From NCBI GenBank assembly GCA_964016885.1, contig OZ024741.1, positions 207,080,001 to 207,144,000 on the forward strand: a stretch of DNA of 64,000 nt. The letters are read 5' to 3'. The notes beneath the pieces are model-generated. The model worked only from the letters and a program-made list of their open reading frames with translations, searched no databases and was not told the DNA's origin. Positions within the stretch are counted from its first letter, which is position 1. Every line of letters starts with the position of its first letter. The position numbers and the translations under genes are program-made. Shown in pieces: positions 38,169 to 51,704 of this stretch. The DNA comes from Eledone cirrhosa. Lineage: Eukaryota.

Positions 38169-38264
38169 ACCCCCTGAGAAGTTCGGCTATTCATTTACCA
38201 GGATACAAATTTTCATTTAGTCCAGAATTAGCCGTCGAAACGGCTTGAGCTCAGCCGTCGGGGT
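38169..38264 (+). ncRNA. Type I hammerhead ribozyme, family B, with one core mismatch
   Basis: Stem I acccc/ggggt. Core CTGAGAA against consensus CUGANGA. Stem II cggcta/tagccg, then GAAA, stem III acggct/agccgt and a GUC triplet. Confidence 0.7.
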
Positions 38265-38354
38265 CCTACTTGTTCCTATTACCCACTCTACTACCCTAAG
38301 TATTGAGTACTTTGGTGCGTATGGTCCAGCTGGTTCCTTACCACATTTCCTTCG

Positions 38355-38414
<60 letters not shown>

Positions 38415-38419
<5 letters not shown>

Positions 38420-38599
38420 AAAAGAGTAAGGACCCCGACAACTGAGCTCCAGCCGTTTCAACAGCTAGACCCAAACTGTCGAAACGGCCGGAGCTCAGCT
38501 ATCGGGGTCCTCATTCTTTTCCTATTACCCCCACTACTACCCTAAGTATCGAGTACTCTGGTGCGTTATGGTCCACCTGGTTCCTTACCATACTTTCTT

Positions 38600-38605
<6 letters not shown>
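38415..38605 (+). mobile_element. Family B fold-back copy between (TA)n tracts
   Basis: Imperfect hairpin taggaaaag...cttttccta, followed by the same 3' tail as 38265-38355 and 14624-14688. Confidence 0.7.
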
Positions 38606-39263
<658 letters not shown>

Positions 39264-39357
39264 CGCGCGCGCGTGTGTGTGGTGTGTGTGAACCTAATAC
39301 CTAACACCTTTCGCAACTGTACTCCTTGTTGTTATTTACTTTCCCAATATATATATA

Positions 39358-39460
39358 CTAGCAGTGTATCCCGGCGTTGCACGGATAAGAATATTGGTAA
39401 TAGCACCTCCAATGAGAAACGTTTATTTGTGAGTGCCTGTTAAAAACTTACGAACTGGAC
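39358..39460 (-). mobile_element. Helitron 3' terminus fragment
   Basis: Minus-strand hairpin tccgtgcaacgccggga followed by ...tgCTAG|T. Confidence 0.6.
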
Positions 39461-39461
39461 A

Positions 39462-39693
39462 TGCTCAGCGACATCCAGAGTTGACACTGCACTCAGTGCT
39501 CCTGCGGGATCCCCCTGCATGGACACACTGGAAGAGGAAGACCAAAGTTAACATATGTTGATACCCTAAGGACAGACAGTGACTGGTCTGTTGGAGAGGC
39601 AGGACATGGCAGCGATAATAAGGGACAGAGACTGCTGGAGAGAACTCGTCCATGGATCTCGGGAATTTTACCCGCCCTAGATAGATAGATAGA
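39462..39693 (+). mobile_element. RTE/RTE-X-like LINE 3' end with (TAGA)n tail
   Basis: Frameshifted [31 protein letters not shown], typical of RTE C-termini. Confidence 0.6.
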
Positions 39694-39729
39694 TTTTTAT
39701 GTATATATTTATATAAGTTTATATATAAG

Positions 39730-39780
<51 letters not shown>

Positions 39781-39899
39781 GTGTGTGTGTATATGTGCTT
39801 GTATATGTATGTATACAAGCACATATACTTGTATACGTTTATATATAAGTATATATATATATATGTGTATATATATATATGTATATGTGCTTGTATATG

Positions 39900-39936
<37 letters not shown>

Positions 39937-40049
39937 CGAGATCTAGGCAAATAGATGTCTATTGAAACGAACGTAAGAACCGAATAAATCTCTTTTACTG
40001 CATCTTTCTGTTCTTTTTAATTCTTTATATATATATACATATATATATA

Positions 40050-41158
40050 CTAGTAGAAGTACCCGGCGTTGCTCGCGTGTAAGTCGACCTTTGCTCTGTT
40101 GTAAAATGTGTGAATGTTGCTTCCCGCACATCACAGGTGCAAAAACATTCGAACCTCAATTTAAAAAAAAACAGAGGTTAGTAGACGCAGGTGTGTAATT
40201 GAGCATAAATAATGGATCAATTGTAGGTACACAGTGTATCGTTAAAAATGTTCTTTGCAAGACTGACGGAAGTCAAATTCATTTGAAATTGAATTTTCAG
40301 TTGATTTTTAAAGCAGGGTGAATAAGTCGATTTCTTCACAGTTTTCTTTTTTACAATTTTCGCGCTCACATGTGCAGAAGAAGAAATAAAAGGGACTTTA
40401 TCTGAACCGCGGCATAATGGCGAGTCTTTTGCGACTGTTTTCAAGAAAATCGGACTATACAATTATTTAAGAATTAAGAATTCTACTCAAAGAACCCTGA
40501 ATATCTGTTTGTAAAACCTTCCATTTTCCCATAAAGAAAGGCGTAGATTTGCATATTTTCACAATATTGCGCCATTGATAATTAAACTATGAATAATTGT
40601 CTGCCCTAACTCTTATAGGTCTCATTTAACGCATGATTTATAAGTTTAAAAAAACTTTCTGAATTTTTGCAGCCTTGGAGTAACTCCTTATGGATCTATT
40701 ATTGTGGTAATATCAAATTTCATTGATATCGGACGAATTCTGAAAATATCGATTTTTGCCTCTGGGGTCCGATTATCGATTTTCTGAAAATTTCAAGTAC
40801 CTCAAGTTGATCCCCGAATCAAAATACATACCTACGTCAAATTTTATTGGAATCGGACAAATTTCGTAAATGACGATTTTTGCCTCTGGTGATTTTAATG
40901 TAGCCTACCTTCATTCCCGGATCAAAATACACACTTGCGTCGAGTTTCATCGAAATCTGACGATTTTTGAAAATATCGATGTTTGGCTTCTGGGAGCCTG
41001 ATTATCGATTCTTCGAAAATTTCAAGTAGCCTATTCCAATCTACGGGTCGAGTTTTATATGTGCGTCAAGTTTCATGAAAATCGGGTGAACGGTGTAGCC
41101 TGCAAGTTCGGGACACCAAACAAGCAACAAACAACGCCCAACTTCACATTATATATAT
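40050..41158 (-). mobile_element. Non-autonomous Helitron (~1.1 kb)
   Basis: CTAG plus hairpin cccggcgttgctcgcg at 40050. Internal subrepeats. Shares both ends with 41160-44720. Confidence 0.75.
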
Positions 41159-41159
41159 A

Positions 41160-44100
41160 CTAGCAGAAGTACCTGGCGTTGCCCGGGTGTAAGACGACCT
41201 TTGCTCTGTTGTTAAAATGTGTGAAAGTTACTTTCCGCGCATCACTGGTTCAAAAACCTTCGAACCTCAATTTTCTTTTTACAATTTTCGCCCTCACATG
41301 TGCAGAAGAAGAAATAAAAGGGACTTTATCTGAACCGCGGCATAATGGCGAGTCTTTTGCGAGGGTTTTCAAGAAAATCGGACGTCCTGTAAAAAGTTTT
41401 CCCATATGCAACTTTGCCTTGTTTTTTGCGCAAAGTTGAAGCCCCGCTTCAGTTTTATTGATTTTTTACATGAATGCGTGAACTATGAAGTAGATTTGAG
41501 TAGCTAAAAACCTGTCCCGGTAAATTTGCTATAGGTGAAAAAAAGTTGATCAAAATTGTGTCTAGGGTTATTGCCCTTTGCAACAGCCTCAAAGTGTCTT
41601 CAAGTATTGTTTGTTAATTTGTTGTGGAACTAAATAGACTTTCGTCAAATCGGACCGAGGAAACAATGTTTCCATTTGTCTTTCTAGCTGGTGTACCCGG
41701 TTACACTCGGGGTTATAAGGCGCTGGATTTAAACGGGTCTGCGCTAAATTCCAGCAGGATGCTTTAACCGAAATAAATGAAGAACAAACGTTTCTTTTTG
41801 TGCTCCAATCTGTGATATTGGTATTTTGAAAAATTAGTCCACAAACATCCATGGAGCATGTATAACGCATGTATCAGGTTATGAGAAAAAGGGTTTTCGA
41901 TTCTCCATTCATAAGATACCAAAAGATTGCACGCAAATAACCCGGGATTTTAAGGCACTGCCCAATTCATAGCTGAAAGGTAGGTATCAAGTGGAATAAT
42001 GTTTTGCGACATTGTCAAATGTACAACCGTACAAAAGCAAAGGATATAGCCATTGAAATATTGGCAGACCAAAGAATTTGGTGGGGTTGTATATCAGAGG
42101 ATTGTTTTCCTTGTGATTCGCGTCTAGCCTACAGATGATTGTAGTCGGTGTTGTATCAATAAAAAATAAAAGCATACGGAAGACTGAACACTTATGAATT
42201 AAGTGAAAATCACGTGGATACTCCTATCGGAGCAACATGTGCCGAAAAACCTGACGGACTGTTGTGTCAATATTGAAATCGTACAAATTGCGAATCCCGA
42301 CCTCTAAGATGGAATGGGTAGGCCTTGGAGGTGAAGAGGAAGAATTGGTACAATTGTTTTGCTGAACATGTTGACCATTAATTTAAATAGACTTACGCAA
42401 CATCATCGTGCGGTTTTGTTGTTTATGGGCTAGAATGAGGGCCGGTTAAACGCGGCAGAAAAATAAGCCATGCTGATGATGTTTAGGGGCGTTGCAGGGA
42501 ATAGATGCGGCGTTGTGAATCAATTGTGAGGCACGCTGATCGCTTGAGAAGACGCGATGCTACACAGGATGCTTCTCGGCCATAATTGACAGAACGGCAT
42601 GTCAGGAGAAATGAAAGAGTTGCTATTCATCCTTTGCTTAGCATGATGAACATGTAATTAAAAAGATTTACCATGGACTATCGTGCACGTTGGTATTGTG
42701 TTTAGCCTGCGAAAATCGGTGGTCAAATGGGGCAACAATAAGCCATGCTGATGACGTTTAAGCGGGTGGCAAGGAATTGATGCGGCATAGATAGCCATGG
42801 GAGTTTTGAAGGAGCACGGCGGTCAGGCAAAAGAAAGGGCCGAGGAGCGGATGGTGGCTGACAGTGCATGGATGCGGCATCCTGAAGCATGACGATGCAG
42901 TGGGACGACGGCGTGCAGGGAACGGAGAGGGCAGGGGTTGACGGTGACAGAGATGTGACTTGGTCCCTCAAGACGCCATGCCTAGGCAGTGGATGGCGGC
43001 TGACAGGGCAGGGATGCAACATGCTGAGGCATGACGAAAGAGCAGGATGCATGGCGGCTGACAGGGCGTGGATGCGGCATGCCAATTGAGTTGCACCTCG
43101 GGAACGTAGAGAGCACCGGGAGGCACGATGATTGTTTGAGAAAACCGGGTGCAAGGCAGGATGTTTATCGGTCATACATGATCGGTAGGCTTTGGGGGAT
43201 AAAGGGATGAATGTTTGTGAAATTTTGTTAAATATGGTCAAAATGAATGTAAAAAGACTTACACAGGATCGTCTTCATGTTCGTTGCTGTCTTTGGTCTG
43301 AGATAATGGGCGGTTATGTGCGGTACAGGTATAAACCACGGTGATGACATTTGAGCAAGTTGCTGACAGGGCAGAAATGCCGCATGGTGAGCCATGGCAG
43401 TCGTGAGCGACCAAGGCGTGCGGGCAAGGGAGAGGGCAGGAGTTGACGGTGGCAGGTGGGGCTTGGTTAGGCATGGCAGTCTTGAAGGAGCCCGGCAGGC
43501 AGGCAAAATAAAAGGCTGAGGAGGGGATGGCGGCTGACAGATCATGGATGCGGCATGGTGAGGAATAACGATGCAGTGTGTCGACGGCGTGCAGGGAAGG
43601 GAGATGGCCGGGATTGACGGTTGCAGGGATTCCGCATCGTGAGCCATGGCACTCGTGAAGGACCAAGGCGTGCGGGTAAGGGAGAGGGCAGCGGAAGGCA
43701 TGGCGGCTGACAGAGCATGGATGCGGTATGGTGAGGCATGACGATGCAGTGGGACGACGGCGTGCAGGGAAATGAGAGGGAAGGACTTGATGGTAGCAGG
43801 GATGCGGCTTGGTTAGGCATGGCAGTCTTAAGCTCTCCCGGAGTGTAGGCAATGGAAATGGGCAGGGGTGGACGGTGGCAGGGATTCGGCATGTTGAGCC
43901 GTGACAGTCCTTAGGGACCACGGAGGGCACGAAATGGAAAGGGCCGGGCAATGAATTGCGGCTGACAAGGCAGAGATGCGCTTGGTGATGCACAACGATG
44001 CAGTGGGTCGACGGCGTGCAGGGAAGGGAGAGGGCAGAGGTTGACGGATGCCTCATTATGCTACGGTAGTGGGACCACGGGAATGAAGAAAGCGCATGGA

Positions 44101-44710
44101 GGCTCGATGATCGCTTGAGAAGACTGGGTGCAATACAGGATGATGCGTGCCGGTATAGTCTTGATGGTCCTTATATAAGAAATGGAAGAATCGGCATAAA
44201 AGGTTTGCTGAATATGGTGAGCGTTAATTTAAAGAGACTTACGTGGATAATCCTGATAGATTGAACGTTTTTTGCATGGCGGGAGTCACGCCAAATGGAA
44301 GCAATAAGAATGGCGTTTTTCGGTTGCCGGATTTTTGCCTCTGGGTTCGGATTATCGACTTTTTGAAATGTTCAAGTACCCCACATTGATCCCCCGCATC
44401 AAAATACATACCTACGTCAAATTCCATTGGAAACGGACAAATTTCGTAAATATTGATTTTTGCCACTGGTGATCCAATTATAGTAGTCCACGTTCATCCC
44501 CAGATCAAAATACACAGTTGAGTCGAGTTTCATCGAAATCGGACGATTTTTGAAAATATCGATTTTTGGCTTCTGGGGGCCCGATTATCGATTTGTCGAA
44601 AATTTCAAGTAGCCTATTCCAATCTACGGGTCCAGTTTCATTAAGATCGGATGAATGGTGTAGCCTGCAAGTTCGCGACACCAAACAAACAAACAACCCC
44701 CAACTTCACT

Positions 44711-44720
<10 letters not shown>
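41160..44720 (-). mobile_element. Non-autonomous Helitron (~3.5 kb) with GC-rich cargo
   Basis: CTAG plus hairpin acctggcgttgcccgggt at 41160. 41191-41382 and 44330-44715 match the preceding element. Confidence 0.7.
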
Positions 44721-44776
<56 letters not shown>

Positions 44777-44857
44777 TTATTCCGGGTTGAATCGGAGGTA
44801 ATCACAGTAAGTAAGGTACACAATACATAGCAGAGTTTAAAAGTTTTAATATAGATG

Positions 44858-44908
44858 AGATTCTACAGGACTAGAACTGTTTCATTCTTTAGAAATCATC
44901 AGGAATCT
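44858..44908 (-). ncRNA. Canonical type I hammerhead ribozyme, family D
   Basis: Minus strand agattc-CTGATGA-tttctaaagaat-GAAA-cag-ttctagtc-ctGTA-gaatct. 6-bp stem I, stem III ACAG/CTGT, GUA triplet. Lies within a ~550-bp segment (44775-45320) bounded by TA/CA repeats. Confidence 0.8.
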
Positions 44909-45375
44909 GGGTATCAACAAATAAATATGCCATTTATAGGTCTCTTCGGGTGGTAGGAGAGGGTGGGGAGTGGGATGGGTTGATAGAAAAGGGAATTCAT
45001 TAAAAGCTAATTCTTTAAAGCGCTAATTGATATTTAGAGTAACAAAGGCAGAAAGAATTCTATAAACAGGTTCAGAATGGAGTGCCACTCCTTATTTTTA
45101 AGTTTCTCTTAAGCTAACAATGCCTATACTTCAGGTGCCTATAAGATCGTTGGGGGTCGGTCATGGTTGATGGATTTAAAATCAAGGGAAATTCTTTAAA
45201 AGCTAATTCTTTAAGGTTCTACTTAGAGTGACAAAGGCCTAGAGAATTCTATAGACCAGTTCAACATATTGAGTGCCTATCATATCATTATCTTCAAGTT
45301 TCTCTTAAGCTATATTCCAGGTGTCAACAGACACGTTCACAAACACACACACACACGCCCCCCCCCCCCCCCACA

Positions 45376-45419
<44 letters not shown>

Positions 45420-45422
45420 CAT

Positions 45423-45467
<45 letters not shown>

Positions 45468-45500
45468 TATATATACTAACATATACACACATATATACAC

Positions 45501-45544
<44 letters not shown>

Positions 45545-45546
<2 letters not shown>

Positions 45547-46130
45547 TGGCTGCCAACTCGTTTTCGAGTACGGCCACTACTTTATATCCATGTAGGAGAA
45601 CCCCTACCGATGCGCTGAACGAGTGTGACTTTTTAGTCCAGCCAGCGACTTGAAAACTCTGGTACAAACACTACACCTGTGACAATTATTGACACACAGT
45701 GCTGGGCCCATGGTACCATGTGATGACAAGTGCAGAGAGATCTCCAGATATAAAGCAATGCCTGTGCCGGGAAGCTTTTATAGTGAGCAAAGGCATTGTA
45801 CAAAGCCAGTCCCACTCTCTTAACCAAGATGATATTTACCAAAAAGAAGAACAAGTCAACATCATTGGATACCATCAGGGTTGCAGGTGTTATATCAGAG
45901 TTTTCCTTCTCCTAGAATTCTGCCTTGACAAAGGCTAAGGGGTCATCTCTCCCGGTGATTTTGGATGGCCATTGACTCTTAAGAGCTCCTTTGCCCTTTG
46001 ACAGGTTTTGTTTTTAGTCCTGCAGGATGTCCAAAGTCACCCTCCTCACCAAGAAACCTTGGTGGGGTTGCCAGTTTAGTCGCCAACGACCCGACCATGA
46101 GACAGGTTGTACTGGGATACATGTTACCAG
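45545..46130 (-). mobile_element. Internally deleted (bipartite) RTE-type element
   Basis: 5' UTR-type ctaggagaaggaaaactctga lies ~200 bp from the C-terminal C2H2 finger [23 protein letters not shown] and the 3' hairpin actcgaaaacgagt. Flanked by (TA)n. Confidence 0.65.
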
Positions 46131-47385
46131 TGTGTGTATATATATATATATATATACACATATATACATACACATATACACACACACACATATCTACACA
46201 TATACACACATATATATACACATATACACATATACAAACAACATATATACATATATATATATACGTACATACACATACATACATATATATATATATATAT
46301 ACATATTGAGATAAGCAGAACAAGCAAAATTCAAACAATTTTTTAAAATAAATAAAAAAATATAATTTAAATATTTACCTACTCCAGTGCTTTTACCGAT
46401 CGGTTTAACTTCACAAAACACTAGAAATCCATGGGGACCTCTAATGTTAAAGTCAAGATCATCAGAGAGCATTTTCCTTTCCTAGGACAAAAAGTCCCAG
46501 AAACGGCAAAATATATTGCCATCTGCTAGCTAGTACAGGATCGAATGAGGCCCAAATGTGACTTATACATGAACCAGTCCGTAGCAAAAGCGGAAGTAAA
46601 CATAGACGTATTGTCTACACCACCGTTAAAAATAGCAGCCAAATAGAACAACAGATTTGTTCTCTACATAACGGAGATTATTAAATGAAGTTAATATGCC
46701 CACGGGTACTAAGTACCCCTGGAAATATATAGGTGGTCTATGATACAGGGTTGTTCAATGGTATTAATTTGACATACCAGAAGTATAATATTGAGATATG
46801 TGTAGATAAATCTATTTATTTCTGAAGACAGCATATATATGTGTAGGTATGTATATTCCCTCTGATAGTTTGTAAAATGTTTACATAAATCTATATGAGA
46901 TACATAACAACACACACTTATATATCCTAGAAAAGATCGTAAATTGATGAATTTTTTAATATATGGAACTGTTTCTTTGATTTTATTCATTGTTTTTATT
47001 AATTTATATACATATATATAGTTATGTAATAAACGCAAGGCAATTATTTCATTTACCAGTGGTTTCTTGAAAGCAAACAAATTTTGCTTTCAATAATCAA
47101 AATGAAAAAATCCTGGTGTATTTATTGACACAGGATTTTAAAAACAAAAATATAATCTATATGAAAGTGAGGCTGGAAAAGGTAGAAGGAAAGGAAAAAT
47201 AAACACACATGCACACACACACAATTACATACGCACACTTATATACAAACACATATATATATATATATACATATACACATATGTATATATATATATATAT
47301 TATTAGAAATGTAAGCGATCGCCGAACCTGGACCAAAGAAACTATCTAGCCTGATATATATATATACACATATATAAATACACAT

Positions 47386-47454
<69 letters not shown>

Positions 47455-47516
47455 TACCCACATACATACACACATACATATACATACATATACACACATA
47501 TATATACACACATACG

Positions 47517-47556
<40 letters not shown>

Positions 47557-49019
47557 AAGATACATACACATATACATACACATACACACATATATACATA
47601 TACATACACACCCACATACATACACACATACATATACATACACATACACACACATATATACTCACATATATATATACATATATATATATATACATACATA
47701 TACATACACACATACACATATATATATATACTGGATTATACATACACACATACACAAATACTGGATTTTACCATTGATTTAGGAGCCGTAGAAAACCAAA
47801 TACTGGATTTTACCATTGATTTAGGAGCTGCAGAAACCCAAATACTGGATTTTACCAACCTTCCAGGGGTCGGGGTAAATTTTCATACACAGATATTTTT
47901 TAATTGTTTGACCCGAATTACTTGATCGTTTTTTTAGCTAAGCGAATGATTGTTTAACCATCGTCTCAGTGTGTTTGGCCTTTAACGTTTGTGATAGCTC
48001 TGGTTCATCTGAATCATTGAAGCACTTGCCACACATCTCGGAGGTTGTTTTTCGTTATTTCGTGGGCCGAAATGCGATTCTCGATAATTTATGTTTGTAT
48101 TAATCTCCAGACTCTAGCTATTGACCAGTTAATTTTCTTGATTTTTTAGTTGATTCTATTGACTGACGAATAGCTTATGTTAATTTTAACCCTTCTGTTG
48201 AGAACTCTATTCGATTTGTGATGTTTTTGCCTTCTTACAAAAATATACACAACTGAATTCAATCGCCTGATATAGGAGTTGCCTCTCTTGCCGATCCCCA
48301 TGTGGGGTCAACAATAGTCAGTCCTTGTATTAACATTGAACTAAAACCTGTTGAGAAAGTGGCTTCCTTGTTCAATCATCTTACTAGAAGCCTAACATTA
48401 TTTATGTAAGCGTACAGTACTTGATTTAGGAGCCGCAGAAACCCAAATACTGGATTTTTCCATCCTTCCAGGGGTCCGGGTAAATTTTCAATCACAGATA
48501 TTTTTTATTTGTTTGGCCCGAATTACTTGATCGTTTTTTTTATGGCTATGCGAATCATGGTTTAACGATCGTCTCAGTGTGTTTGGCCTTTAACGTTTGT
48601 GATAGCTCTTATTCATCTGAATCATTGAGCACTTGCCACACATATCGGAGGTTGTTTTTTGTTATTTCGTGGGCCGAAATGCGATTCTCAAAAATTTATG
48701 TTTGTATTAATCTCCAGACTCTAGCTATTGACCAGTTAAGTTTCTTGATTTTTTAGTTGATTCTATTGACTGATGAATAGCTTATGTTAATTTTAACCCT
48801 TCTGTTGAGAACTCTATTCGATTTGTGATGTTTTTGCATTCTTGCAAAAATATACACAACTGAATTAATTCGCCTGATATAGGGGTTGCATCTTTTGCCG
48901 ATCCCCACGTGGGGTCAGCAATAGTCAGTCCTTGTATTACCATTGAACTAAAACCTGTTGAGAAAGTGACTACCTTGTTCAATTATCTTACCAGATGCCT
49001 AACATTATTTATGTAAGCA

Positions 49020-49170
49020 CCATGCTTTGAAGCATAGAGTTACCTCCCTTTATGATCTGAGTTCAAATCCCGCCGAGGTTAACTTTGCCTTTCATCCTTA
49101 CGGGGTCGATAAAATAAAGTACCAGTAATGTACTGGGTAATTGCTGGCCTTGTGCCTAAAGTAGAAACAA
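49020..49170 (+). mobile_element. SINE inserted in the satellite with a 16-bp TSD (attatttatgtaagca)
   Basis: B-box-like gagttcaaatcc plus the core shared with 268-397. Empty paralogous site at ~55330-55350. Confidence 0.85.
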
Positions 49171-51578
49171 TTATTTATGTAAGCATACTTGATTTAGGAG
49201 CCGCAGAAACGCAAATACTGGATTTTACCAACCTTCCAGGGGTGCGGGTAAACTTTCAATCCCAGATATTTTTTATTTGTTTCACCCGAATTACTTGATC
49301 GTTTTGGGGGCTATGCGAATGATTGTTAAACCATCGTCTCAGTGTGTTTGGCCTTTAACGTTTGTTATAGCTCTGGATCATCTGAATCATTGAGCACTTG
49401 CCACACACCTCGGAGGTTGTTTGTCTTTATTTCGTAGGCCGAGAGGCGATTCTCGATAACTTATGTTTGTATTAATCTCCAGACTCTAGCTACTGACCAG
49501 TTCATTTTCTTAATTTTTTTAGTTGATTCTATTGACTGATGAATAGCTTATGTTAAATTTAACCCTTCTGTTTGAGAACTCTATTCGATTTGTGATGTTT
49601 TTGCATTCTTTCAAAAATATACACAACTGAATTCATTCACCTGATTAGGGGTTGCCTCCCTTGCCGATCCCCACGTGGGGTCAGCAATAGTCAGTCCTTG
49701 TATTAACATTGAACTAAAACCTGTTGAGAAAGTGGCTTCCTTGTTCAATCATCTTACCAGAAGCCTAACATTATTTATGTAAGCGTACAGTACTTGATTT
49801 AGGAGCCGCAGAAACCCAAATACTGGATTTTTCCATCCTTCCAGTGGTCCGCGTAAATTTTTAATCACAGATATTTTTTATCTGTTTCACCCGAATTACT
49901 TGATCGTTTTTTTTTTGGCTATGCGAATCATGGTTTAACGATCGTCTCAGTGTGTTTGGCCTTTAACGTTTGTGATAGCTCTTATTCATCTGAATCATTG
50001 AGCACTTGCCACACATATCGGAGGTTGTTTTTTGTTATTTCGTGGGCCGAAATGCGATTCTCGATAATTTATGTTTGTATTAATCTCCAGACTCTAGCTA
50101 TTGACCAGTTAATTTTCTTGATTTTTTAATTGATTTTATTGACTGATGAATAGCTTATGTTAATTATAACCCTTCTGTTGAGAACTCTATTCGATTTGTG
50201 ATGCTTGTGCATTGTTGCAAAAATATACACAACTGAATTCATTCGCCTGATATAGGGGTTGCCTCACTTGCCGATCCCCACGTGGGGTCAGCAATAGTCA
50301 GTCCTTGTATTAACATTGAACTAAAACCTGTTGAGAAGGTGGCTTCCTTGTTCAATTATCTTACCAGAAGCCTAACATTATTTATGTAAGCGGACAGTAC
50401 TTGAGTTAGGAGCCGCAGAAACCCAAATACTGGATTTTTCAATCCTTCTAGGGGTCCGGGTAAATTTTCAATCACAGATATTTTTTATTTGTTTGACCCG
50501 AATTACTTGATCGTTTTTTGGGGGGCTATGCGAATCATGGTTTAACGATCCTCTCAGTGTGTTTGGCCTTTAACGTTTGTTATAGTTCTGGTTCATCTTA
50601 ATCATTGAGCACTTGCCACACATCTCGGAGGATGTTTTTTGTTATTTCGTGGGCCGAAATGCGATTCTCGATAATTTATGTTTGTATTAATCTCCAGACT
50701 CTAGCTATTGACCAGTTAATTTTCATGATTTTTTAGTTGATTTTATTGACTGATGAATAGCTTATGTTAATTATAACCCTTCTGTTGAGAACTCTATTCG
50801 ATTTGTGATACTTGTGCATTGTTGCAAAAATATACACAACTGAATTCATTCGCCTGATATAGGGGTTGCCACGTTTGCCGATCCCCACGTGGGGTCAGCA
50901 ATAGTCAGTCCTTGTATTAACATTGAACTAAAACCTGTTGAGAAAGTGGCTTCCTTGTTCAATTATCTTACCAGAAGCCTAACATTATTTATGTAAGCGG
51001 ACAGTACTTGAGTTAAGAGCCGCAGAAACCCAAATAATGGATTTTACCAAACTTCCGGGGTAAATTTTCAATCACAGATATTTTTTATTTGTTTGACCCG
51101 ATTTACTTGATCGTTTTTTTTGGCTATGCGAATGATTATTTAACGATCGTCTCAATGTGTTTGGCCTTTAACGTTTGTGATAGCTCTGGTTCATCTGAAT
51201 CATTGAGCACTTGCCACACATCTCGGGGGTTTTTTTTCGTTATTTCGGGGGCCGAAATGCCATTCTCGATAATTTATGTTTGTATTAATCTCCAGACTCT
51301 AGCTATTGACCAGTTAATTTTCTTGATTTTTTAGTTGATTCTATTGACTGATGAATAGCTTATGTTAATTTTAACCCTTCTGTTGAGAACTCTATTCGAT
51401 TTGTCATGTTTTTGCATTCTTTCAAAAATATACACAACTGAATTCATTCGCCTGATATTAGGGTTGCCTCCCTTGCCGATCCCCACGTGGGGTCAGCAAT
51501 AGTCGGTCTTTGTATTAACATTGAACTAAAACCTGTTGAGAAAGTGGCTTCCTTGTTCAATTATCTTACCAGAAGCCT

Positions 51579-51704
51579 GTCCCTTTACGATCTGAGTTCA
51601 AATCCCGCCAAGGTTGACTTTGCCTTTCATCCTTACGGGGTCGATAAAATAAAGTACCAGTAATGCACTGGGTAATTTCTGGCCTTGTGCCTAAAGTAGA
51701 AACA
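51579..51704 (+). mobile_element. Second SINE insertion at the same position of another satellite unit
   Basis: Shorter 5' end, point differences from the 49020 copy, no TSD, same 3' junction aaaca|attatttatg. Confidence 0.85.
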
